Below, piece after piece: positions 34,194 to 42,183 of a DNA stretch of 44,584 nucleotides. Under the pieces are notes generated by a model that made no database searches, was not told where the DNA came from, and saw only the letters and a list, made by a program, of their open reading frames with translations. The stretch's first letter is position 1, and each line of letters begins with the position of its first letter. This DNA is from a virus. Taxonomy: Duplodnaviria > Caudoviricetes. The stretch is from IMG/VR virus record IMGVR_UViG_3300024331_000002, positions 1 to 44,584 of that record, one strand, 5' to 3'. The position numbers and the translations under genes were made by a program.

Positions 34194-34203
34194 GGTTTCT
34201 CCT

Positions 34204-34602
34204 TTAAGCCTGCTGTACTTGGCCCTTGGCTGCTATTTCTGCGAGCGTTGCGCGGGTATCGACGCCTAGCGACCGTGCTACGTTGGCTGCCCACAACGGC
34301 GATCCTGCATAGCGGAGCGCCACTTCCATCAAGGTCAGGTCTGCGGGATAGGTCTTGGATCTTCCTTCGAGCATTCGCCTGACCTTTCGGTACAGGGCGT
34401 TCCATCCGTCTTCATCTGTCGCATAAACAGTGATCGCCGCGCCGTAAGGTCCCGACGTGTGTATGAATCCTTGGCCGACATCGCCGTCGTCCGTGAGGTC
34501 ACCGGGATTTCTAGCTCGTGTGGGTACCGAATCAGGGACACCATAGCCCTCCGCTCTGGCCACTGCTTCCGCGAATTGCTTGACCAGCTCTTCTGAAACC
34601 AT
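34204..34602 (-). CDS. Lysozyme-fold muramidase (endolysin candidate)
   Basis: A.A..EG....R.RNPGDL...YAT..DGW.AL...YA...WA.NVA..LG. Confidence 0.7.
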   Translation of the reverse strand: MVSEELVKQFAEAVARAEGYGVPDSVPTRARNPGDLTDDGDVGQGFIHTSGPYGAAITVYATDEDGWNALYRKVRRMLEGRSKTYPADLTLMEVALRYAGSPLWAANVARSLGVDTRATLAEIAAKGQVQQA

Positions 34603-34866
34603 CTAGGCCATCCAGGGATGCAGGTGCAGCGTGTTGATGCGCAAATCCCCAACCTTCACAAGATCGTGCTGGAGCGCCCAGACCAGCAAATCTTGCCTTC
34701 CGGCAATGCGCAGCTTCCTGTAAACCGCATTTGTGTGGGCTTTGACGGTACGTATGCAGATGTTCAGATCGTTGGCGATTTCCTTGTTGGCCTTGCCAGA
34801 CACCACGCCCGCGACTACTTCCAACTGCCTCCGCGTGAGCCCGCCGTCGAATCGCTGGACTTTTAT
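34603..34866 (-). CDS. Solo LuxR/GerE-type HTH regulator 3 (probable ATA start)
   Basis: GLTRRQLEVVAGVVSGKANKEIANDLNICIRTVKAHTNAVYRKLRI..R. The first helix lies upstream of the TTG called by the ORF track. Confidence 0.85.
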   Translation of the reverse strand: MKVQRFDGGLTRRQLEVVAGVVSGKANKEIANDLNICIRTVKAHTNAVYRKLRIAGRQDLLVWALQHDLVKVGDLRINTLHLHPWMA

Positions 34867-37607
34867 GACTTTCTCCCGCTGAGGAACCAGTCGAGCGCCG
34901 TCAGGCCGTCTGGCATCACGAAGTTATTCATAGGCTTGGAGGTGTCTAAGCCCATCGCCTGCTTGTAAACATCGCTTAGGCCGTCATGCTGGCTAGAGGG
35001 ATAGGGTTGCCCGTTCGCTACTGGAGCGGTGACGTAGCCAGCTGGCGCGGTCCACAAGCTGCCGGGAGTCTTGTTCTGGTACTCCGCGATCATGGCTGCG
35101 TCTTCGACTTGCCTGCGCGCGCTGAGCGAGCCATCCGCATTCAGTTGCTGCGAGTTGCCCACTAGCGGAATCAGGATAGCGTCAAGGTTGCGTGCATCGT
35201 CCTCGGTGATTGGGATTGGCAGCGTTGGAAGTGGAGACGAGCGGAACCATGCTGCGTCAACTGGCCCGACTTCCGCCCCGCCTTCGCTGTTGACCTTGCC
35301 GCAGAGCAAAGCTTGATTGCCGGTAGGGTCTGACAGTTGCGGCCCGATATTGCCTTTCAGGAAGATCAACGGCGGGCCTGGCATGGATTGGCTGGTGTCG
35401 TCGGTGCTCTGAGTAGCGGTGAACTCCAGTGGATGAGGATGGCCGGAATTGTCCCCGACATTCATGTTCCCGGCGACGTACTTGTTGCCGATGATGTCTG
35501 GCGTGCAGCCGCCCTGCCACAGCCCGGCGAACCAATCCCAGTTGTAAACGAGATTGTTTACCCAGCGCCCGGATTTGCCATTGAAAAGAGGCAGTCTGTG
35601 CGAGGTATCACCAAAGAAGTTGTGATGGTAATCGATGTCGGTTACGTCTTTGGCCGGCCAAGTCGTAGCATCCACCATCGGCCCGACTGGATGATTCTTG
35701 TCGGGCTTGAACGTCATGCACCACTGGAAAGTGACGTTGCGCACGCGGCCGGAGGAGTTCGCCAGAACGATGAGCTGTTTATTGGTGACGTGGAAGCCCG
35801 AGCAGTGGTCGAAAACGACGTTGTAGACATCTCCCGATCCCGCATCGAAGGAAACCGAGCCAACATCTGGCCCATTGTTGGCGCTGTTCCCGTCGTAGCC
35901 GATGTACCGGATCACCGCATCATGCGTGTTGACCCACATGACTGCGCCCGTGCCAGCGAGCTTGATGCCTCCGCCCGGAGCGGTATGTCCTGCTACAGTG
36001 ACAAACGGGCTGCCGATGCGCAGGTCGCCTACGACGTTGATGACCCCGCCAACGCGGAAGACGATTGTCCGGGCCCCAGTAGCTTGCAAAGCTGCCCTGA
36101 GCGAGCCCGCGCCTGAGTCGTTGAGGTTCGTGACTTCGAAGACCGCTCCGCCGCGTCCACCGACTGCTTGAGCCCCGCCGCCTTGTGCCCCGAGGAAAGC
36201 TGCCAGCGCGCCGCTTGGGGAGGGCGACGGCTGCGGATTAGGGTTTGGTGGGCTACTCCCGAGAGCGAGCATGTCTGCGCCAACCCACCCATTGATGGTC
36301 GGGAATTGCACCTGCCACCAGGTATTAGAGTTGGCCGTTCCTGGCCCGGCGACAACCTTGCCAGAAGTCCCTAGAGGAACAGTACCGAGAAGCGTGCCGC
36401 CAGCGGTCTGGCGCACATTCGTTAGCCCCGTAGTCGTAACCGCTACGCCGATGCCGATCGTCGTAGGCGTGGGCGTTGGTGCCGGGGCAGGAACCTTGTC
36501 CGTTAGCGTGAGCGTATTGCCGTTCCATGCCTGATTCACGCCATTCGCTGTAGCGTCCACTACGGTGATTGCTACCTGCGAAGCTGGTACGGGAACGGTC
36601 TGCGATGGCGCTTGCACTGTGCTCGCGGGAACGGCGACAGACACGGACGGAGCCATTACGCTGGACGCTGGCACGGGCACCGCAATCGCTGGAGCCGTGA
36701 CTTGCGAGGCTGGAACCGGGATATTGACCGTGCTGGTTGTGGGCACACTTCCTCCTGTAACGAGAGCTTGGAACATTAGGCCCGCGAGGTTCAGTACTGG
36801 CGGAGTGCCAGTGGCGAGAACTCCGAAACCTGCTGAATTGTTGAAAGCGTAGTGATAGTGCCGTGCGACGGACTTCGCCATGATCGGAACAGCAGTTGTG
36901 AGCCACGCGGCCGTCTGCGTATCCGTCAGTGAAGGACTGTAATCGGTTGCGCGGCCCCAGCTTCCTTCGGTGAACCACGTCTCCATCGCGGAGATGCCGA
37001 AGGTGCTTTTCTTGACCTTGATGTCGTTGAGGATTAATCCTATCCCGGTCGTGGGATCAGGGTTCTTGTCGCCCAAGTAGCAGTGGTAGGCGAAGACATC
37101 GAAGGGGTAGTTCCCAGCGCAAGCGGTCAGGTACGACAGAATGAAGTTGCCGATCGCTGTTCCGCCCGATCCTGACGGACTAAGTACTTTCACGCCCAGA
37201 GGCTTGAGTATTGCGTAGGCTGCCCTAGAGAAGGCCAGAAGCTGAGCCGCTGTCCCGCTATAGAACTGCCCAAGGTTCGGCTCGTTCCATTGCTCGAAGG
37301 CCCAAGTTCCCTTCCACGTTGAGCCGATGTGCGCAGCAAGCGCTGAGACGAATGCGCCAAACTGCGCAACCGAAGCCACGCCGTAGAACGTCGGTATCTT
37401 CCCAGCCGTGTACAGCAAGTCGGTTATGCCGTGCGCGGTGAGCGCTGAAAGATGCGCATCGAGAGTTGCCCAACTGTAGTTCCCTGCTGACTTCTCGATG
37501 TCGAGCCAAGTGTCGGCGGTATCCCACAAGCGCATCGAAGGAACCGCGAACGGAGGCCAGTTCGGGTCTGCAAAGTTATTCCAGTTGGGGTTCAGGCAGA
37601 GTTTCAA
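34863..37607 (-). CDS. Trimodular CAZyme: clan GH-A glycoside hydrolase (GH39/GH5-like) + SH3b + PL1-like pectate lyase
   Basis: RLWD, WNEPN (acid/base) and WFTEG (nucleophile); NVR..AG...WWQV...GWV (SH3b); GGRGG.V..VTNLNDSG.GSLR, FDHCS and HRLP (PL1). TTG start in a TTGA overlap. Confidence 0.88.
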   Translation of the reverse strand: MKLCLNPNWNNFADPNWPPFAVPSMRLWDTADTWLDIEKSAGNYSWATLDAHLSALTAHGITDLLYTAGKIPTFYGVASVAQFGAFVSALAAHIGSTWKGTWAFEQWNEPNLGQFYSGTAAQLLAFSRAAYAILKPLGVKVLSPSGSGGTAIGNFILSYLTACAGNYPFDVFAYHCYLGDKNPDPTTGIGLILNDIKVKKSTFGISAMETWFTEGSWGRATDYSPSLTDTQTAAWLTTAVPIMAKSVARHYHYAFNNSAGFGVLATGTPPVLNLAGLMFQALVTGGSVPTTSTVNIPVPASQVTAPAIAVPVPASSVMAPSVSVAVPASTVQAPSQTVPVPASQVAITVVDATANGVNQAWNGNTLTLTDKVPAPAPTPTPTTIGIGVAVTTTGLTNVRQTAGGTLLGTVPLGTSGKVVAGPGTANSNTWWQVQFPTINGWVGADMLALGSSPPNPNPQPSPSPSGALAAFLGAQGGGAQAVGGRGGAVFEVTNLNDSGAGSLRAALQATGARTIVFRVGGVINVVGDLRIGSPFVTVAGHTAPGGGIKLAGTGAVMWVNTHDAVIRYIGYDGNSANNGPDVGSVSFDAGSGDVYNVVFDHCSGFHVTNKQLIVLANSSGRVRNVTFQWCMTFKPDKNHPVGPMVDATTWPAKDVTDIDYHHNFFGDTSHRLPLFNGKSGRWVNNLVYNWDWFAGLWQGGCTPDIIGNKYVAGNMNVGDNSGHPHPLEFTATQSTDDTSQSMPGPPLIFLKGNIGPQLSDPTGNQALLCGKVNSEGGAEVGPVDAAWFRSSPLPTLPIPITEDDARNLDAILIPLVGNSQQLNADGSLSARRQVEDAAMIAEYQNKTPGSLWTAPAGYVTAPVANGQPYPSSQHDGLSDVYKQAMGLDTSKPMNNFVMPDGLTALDWFLSGRKS
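36558..36722 (-). repeat. Four 14-aa (42-nt) linker repeats V.VPAS.V.AP
   Basis: IPVPASQVTAPAIA VPVPASSVMAPSVS VAVPASTVQAPSQT VPVPASQVAITVV. Confidence 0.85.
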
Positions 37608-38134
37608 TCTTTGCCCTTGTCTACAATGCCCTTCCATTGCGCTACGTCAGGGTCATTGCGGAAGAAGGTTGCGGTGTTCCAGCCGGAGATAGCCACTTGC
37701 GGCAGCCACCAGATTTTATTGAGCGGATTGTTTCCGCGCTCGTATCCGCGCTTCATCTTGAAGGCCAGCAGGTTCATGCCAACCGTGGCACCCATGCGCA
37801 GGCTCTCCCGCGCTGCGAAGCTTGGCCCCTCACCGCCCGCACAGTTGGCTGCTCCGAACTCTCGCCGGCAATCTGCGATTCCCTTAGTGGCGAGCAGTGA
37901 CGCAGCAACCGATCCAGCCAGCAGCGCAACATATTTTTTGTCGAAGGTGCGCTTCTGCACCACTGGAGCGGGAGCGGTCAGGGATAGAGTACAGCGCTTC
38001 AAGTCTCCCTCGCTGCGGAACTCGTAGCCTGTGGGACACTTCCACTCCCCATTGCGATATTCGGGCTCTGGCACCTTCTGCCCAACCGCCGCAACTGGCA
38101 TCAACAGCAGCAATATGGCTAGGTATTTATGCAC
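37604..38134 (-). CDS. Signal-peptide-bearing membrane/secreted protein
   Basis: MHKYLAILLLLMPVAAVG-Q signal, two Cys pairs, hydrophobic segments; GGAGG SD. Confidence 0.75.
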   Translation of the reverse strand: MHKYLAILLLLMPVAAVGQKVPEPEYRNGEWKCPTGYEFRSEGDLKRCTLSLTAPAPVVQKRTFDKKYVALLAGSVAASLLATKGIADCRREFGAANCAGGEGPSFAARESLRMGATVGMNLLAFKMKRGYERGNNPLNKIWWLPQVAISGWNTATFFRNDPDVAQWKGIVDKGKD

Positions 38135-38444
38135 CGTGTTCCTCCGTGTCTTTCTTCAATCCTTCGCACTTGTAGTGCGTCTTTACTCCTGACTTCACTT
38201 TCAATTTGGCCCCGGTAGCAGAAATCTTTGGCTGCTCTCCGGGCAGCGTTCCACCGCTAAAGCTGCAAGACGGTGGGCGCTTGAATGGCTCCTTATCGAA
38301 GGTCACAGACAGGTTGCCGTCACTAGGCGTTAGATCACCCTCATAGACCAGCCTGGCTTTGGGATCGTCAGGATCGTAATTAGGATCTTGGAACGGTGCC
38401 GCTGGCTTGCCCTGCAATAGCAGTAAGAGAATAAGTAAAATCAT
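38127..38444 (-). CDS. Signal-peptide-bearing small beta-domain protein, similar to the tailspike C-terminal domain
   Basis: MILLILLLLLQG; VTF..PF..PP.C...Y.C.G; GGGAGG SD. Confidence 0.72.
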   Translation of the reverse strand: MILLILLLLLQGKPAAPFQDPNYDPDDPKARLVYEGDLTPSDGNLSVTFDKEPFKRPPSCSFSGGTLPGEQPKISATGAKLKVKSGVKTHYKCEGLKKDTEEHGA

Positions 38445-40381
38445 CGTCCGCAACCTCCCTCATAGATGTAAGTGGCCGCCGCAGTCGGAGTTCCCTGCAA
38501 CGTGAAAACCGGCACCGTGGCGGATTGCGTTGTTTGGGTAATCATCGTGAACGCGCCAGTTCCGCCTGTCTGATCGAGGTGACAGTTGACCGTACTGGAC
38601 GGGAGCGCCGCACCAGCGGGAAGCGTCCACGTAATCGTTGGATTGGCCGCTTGGCCGGTACCCGATGCCGTGACCGTGAAACGCAGGCCTTGGGTACCGC
38701 CAGATACACCAGTGACCGCTGCTGTCGTTCCCCAGCCAGCAGACAGCACAAAGTTGGCAATGATAGGCAGCGTGCCTTGGTTGGCAATGAACGACGTGCT
38801 CTGAACTATGCCGCGGCCGCTCCATCCGCCACTGGCTCCAGCAACAGGGATATAGGAATAAGTGTTTCCTGATCCGGTCTGAATAGCGGAGACGGATGGA
38901 CCGCCGGCGATCTTCGTGCCGTAAATGAAGATGTTTCCTGTATTGTTGAATAGGTTGGTGAGCCCCGCACCGTAGAACTGACCGCCATAAAAGTTGATCG
39001 TAGCGGCTGCGCTGGTGTTGTCCACAATCACATTGCCCGCCGAGGCCGAAGCATCTTCCAGATAGCAGCCGTGGCAGTCGATGCTCAGCCCTGCGGTCGC
39101 ATTCGTGACAATCCCTAAGCCTGAGCTACCTGCAACTCCGCTGGCCCGAAAGTTATACAACTGCACGCTTTCTCCTAGTGGAGTAGTGGCAAACGTGAGG
39201 AAGTTAATAGAAGCTATGTTGCCACCCAGCGAATGGGTATTGATGAATGAAATTTGCTTTAGACTCAGTGTGTTAGAGTTGGCTGTGCCAACATGGATGT
39301 TCTGGCCTACAAGTGGATTCTCGAAAAAGTCGTTTACGAAGGCCACCTTTTCCATCGCGGCGGCAGTTCCCTGCTTTCCGATACAGCCGTTGATGTCACT
39401 AGCTTCGAATGCGCTCCATGTATAGGTCGATTCAAAATCATTTCCACTATTCATAAACGCACACATGGTGTTAGTGGTGTTGTGGAAGCCTTGAACCCAC
39501 ATCGAAGTCCAAAGAGCGTGCGTGGAGTTGTCGTTCATTAGTCCAGCCACGCCCCCAGGAGAACTGATGAACGCAGTGTTATGCGCAGAAAGATCGGCAA
39601 TGATTCCGAAATTGGAGAGCGAGCTAAAATCGAAGTCCTTGACGTAGAAAGCCGCCACGTTTGTGGATTGCGTCGGCCAAATAAAAACCCCAGCAGTGCG
39701 AACATAGATAAACGAGGAGGCAGTTCCCTGTCCTACGATCCATAGAGATGGACGAAGCGTTGCAGTGGAGCCGGAATTTGGGCCGCCTTCACCCTGCGTG
39801 CATACGCCTTGCGTCGCGCAGCCGGGATACTTGAGCTGAATCGGCTGCTTGATGGCATATCCGCCCTGCGGGAGATACCCGCCACGCGTAAGCGGAGGTA
39901 CGCCGTTAACCGGAGACTGAATGATGGCCGTGGCCCATGACTGCATGGCTGCATCATCATCGGTGCCATAGGCTGTCCGGGTGTTGGCGTACGTGGTTCC
40001 CGCGGTTACTGAGACTGTGACATCTGTGGCCGAATTGAAGGCTGTAATAGTCCCTTGATTTACGTTGATCGTAGCCGTGTTGCAGTTTGAGGAGCAGGAT
40101 TCAAACCACTTGCCGACATCTGCAGAAGTGAAATGCGAACTGCCACAAGTCAGGTGGTTGTTCGTGGTCATTCCGCAATCAAAGAACAAGTGCGTATCGC
40201 CCTTGGCACCATAGTCCTGCGGAGACAGGCCATAGAATTTATTGAAGAATGTCGTCAGGCTGCTAGGCGAGGAAGAGCTGGAACTGCTGCCCGTGCCCGG
40301 TCCATATGCACCTGGTGGATTTTGGGCAAATAGGCTCCCGCCCATCGCCAAAATGACGAGAAACAACGCTAGTATTTTCAT
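38441..40381 (-). CDS. Tailspike-like right-handed beta-helix (pectin-lyase fold) with N-terminal Sec signal peptide
   Basis: MKILALFLVILAMGGSLFA-Q; PQDYGAKGD...GTDDDAAMQ...YLPQG.Y.I; N/G/T-rich helix rungs; occupies the tailspike position after the ejection genes. Confidence 0.82.
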   Translation of the reverse strand: MKILALFLVILAMGGSLFAQNPPGAYGPGTGSSSSSSSPSSLTTFFNKFYGLSPQDYGAKGDTHLFFDCGMTTNNHLTCGSSHFTSADVGKWFESCSSNCNTATINVNQGTITAFNSATDVTVSVTAGTTYANTRTAYGTDDDAAMQSWATAIIQSPVNGVPPLTRGGYLPQGGYAIKQPIQLKYPGCATQGVCTQGEGGPNSGSTATLRPSLWIVGQGTASSFIYVRTAGVFIWPTQSTNVAAFYVKDFDFSSLSNFGIIADLSAHNTAFISSPGGVAGLMNDNSTHALWTSMWVQGFHNTTNTMCAFMNSGNDFESTYTWSAFEASDINGCIGKQGTAAAMEKVAFVNDFFENPLVGQNIHVGTANSNTLSLKQISFINTHSLGGNIASINFLTFATTPLGESVQLYNFRASGVAGSSGLGIVTNATAGLSIDCHGCYLEDASASAGNVIVDNTSAAATINFYGGQFYGAGLTNLFNNTGNIFIYGTKIAGGPSVSAIQTGSGNTYSYIPVAGASGGWSGRGIVQSTSFIANQGTLPIIANFVLSAGWGTTAAVTGVSGGTQGLRFTVTASGTGQAANPTITWTLPAGAALPSSTVNCHLDQTGGTGAFTMITQTTQSATVPVFTLQGTPTAAATYIYEGGCGR

Positions 40382-40509
40382 GTGTTTAGTGGTCCTAGAA
40401 GGAAAAGCGAAACCAGTTTACGTTCCGGTACTACCTCTTACGCCTAAAATTCGTACTATTGCGCTAGTCTGCCACGGTTGCGAAAATTGATCCAGCTTGG
40501 AGGTCGGTC

Positions 40510-40719
40510 ATGCTTCTATATGCGGTCGTTCTGGCCATCTCACTGTACTTCTACCATCCGCTGTGGTTCGTGCTGACAATGCTGACTCTGTTCGTATTGG
40601 GCTGCGTTGAGAAATGGCGCAGCGAGTCGGAAACGCGGCGGAGGGAAGAAAAGCACGATGCTGACCCTCAGGACAAACCGCGAAACATAGAAGACGGTTC
40701 CTATCTACTTTCCTCATGA
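40510..40719 (+). CDS. Small two-TM membrane protein in the P22 sieA position (superinfection-exclusion candidate)
   Basis: GGAGG SD and TTGCGC-17-GAAAAT upstream; convergent with the last ejection gene. Confidence 0.65.
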   Translation: MLLYAVVLAISLYFYHPLWFVLTMLTLFVLGCVEKWRSESETRRREEKHDADPQDKPRNIEDGSYLLSS

Positions 40720-42183
40720 AGCTGGTATCGGCTGCAACTGCCGTTTGCGTGCCTGAGAACTGAGCGCTCCTGCGGCGCCAGAAGTGGCGACAGGTGCGGC
40801 CTCAAGTGGCAGAGATTTAATCGCCGTTCCGCCCGCCTCTGGGATTCTGTTGAGTCCCATACGAACGAGAACATCCGGCTTATTCAAGTGGGTAGCAACT
40901 TCTCCCGCCACCAAACTCAAGCCGCCGCTCTTAATCGCTCCCATTAATCCAAGGATTCTCCCTAGAGACATCGGCTTGGCGCGATCGGCCACATTCACTC
41001 GGCGCTCCACTTCCTTGCCGACATCTTCAAGTGCTCCCCATCGTTGCCGCGCATCGCGCACTCCAGTTTCTCCAGCTACTTCTAGTGTTTGAAGAAACTG
41101 CTCTCGAAGGGAGCGTCTCGCCGCCTCCCATCCCGCCGTTTCTGGGTTGGACATCAGATCACTTTTACGAGCACTCGGGTATTTGGAGAAATAGGATTCC
41201 AATTTCCCGTTTACGTACTTCAGCAGACGGTTCGCTCCCGTGACATCCCTAGCGCCTTCTAGTTTTTCTGCCATTGCTTCCAGTTCTTTGGCCCCAGCAG
41301 GATCAAAGTCTTTCATTTCTGGACTGATTTGCTGACGCACGGCTTCTGCCGTTGGCTTCATGTCTACTTGGTTTGAACCTTGCCGTTTCAATGCTGGCTC
41401 GACTTCTTCCTTCCAAATACGCTTTTGGATTTCGGGTATGGCTTCGTGAAGTTCTTGCACGCTATTGATCGGAGTTTCTTTGTGATATTGCTTTAGGTCT
41501 TCCATCGCCCGTGGCAGAGACTCCTGGAATCCGGTGGCGCGTGCTCGTGGCGAAATACCCTTTGTGAGCGCTTCCTCAGCGGTCATGGTCAACGGCGAAT
41601 GGACCGCCCGTAGTGCCGGGACCGCCGCTCTAGCGCCAGCCTCAGCACCGATCGGGGCGAGTGCCATTGCGGTTGGTACCGCTGCCTCACCAAGAACCCC
41701 ACCTGTGTCACCCTTATTGGCTGCCGCTTCCATCCGTTCCGGGTTTGCTCCTGCAAGCGTGCTCAGACCAGCTGCTGTGCTGTACGGCAGCCCATGACCA
41801 CGCTCAGAAGCAGCTATGGATTCCTTGCCAGCACCAATGATAGGCGTCAGAAGTCCAGTGCTCGCCTTCAGTCCGGCACTTGCCGCCTCGCCGATGGTCT
41901 TCGGAGGTTCTGGGATCATCGACTTAATGCTTTGCCCGACGTGAGAGAGGAACCCTCTATCAGATCCCGACGTTCTCTCCTTCTCGAATTGCGTCGGCTG
42001 CGCATTCATCTGTTTACTGTTAGCCATCACCGCTGGCAGAACAACTTGCTGATGGTAGGCTTGCTGATCTACTGGAGAAGCCTTTGCGTAGTCAGGGTCA
42101 ACGGCAGACAGGTATTTGTGCTGATCCTCCCTGGAGGCGGTCAGGAAATCCTTGTCTGCTAGTGGATTCGGGACCGTACTCAT
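40714..42183 (-). CDS. DNA ejection/internal virion protein (gp16-like position)
   Basis: Helical and A/G-rich; ATGA start at 42183; third of three internal-protein genes. Confidence 0.65.
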   Translation of the reverse strand: MSTVPNPLADKDFLTASREDQHKYLSAVDPDYAKASPVDQQAYHQQVVLPAVMANSKQMNAQPTQFEKERTSGSDRGFLSHVGQSIKSMIPEPPKTIGEAASAGLKASTGLLTPIIGAGKESIAASERGHGLPYSTAAGLSTLAGANPERMEAAANKGDTGGVLGEAAVPTAMALAPIGAEAGARAAVPALRAVHSPLTMTAEEALTKGISPRARATGFQESLPRAMEDLKQYHKETPINSVQELHEAIPEIQKRIWKEEVEPALKRQGSNQVDMKPTAEAVRQQISPEMKDFDPAGAKELEAMAEKLEGARDVTGANRLLKYVNGKLESYFSKYPSARKSDLMSNPETAGWEAARRSLREQFLQTLEVAGETGVRDARQRWGALEDVGKEVERRVNVADRAKPMSLGRILGLMGAIKSGGLSLVAGEVATHLNKPDVLVRMGLNRIPEAGGTAIKSLPLEAAPVATSGAAGALSSQARKRQLQPIPAS

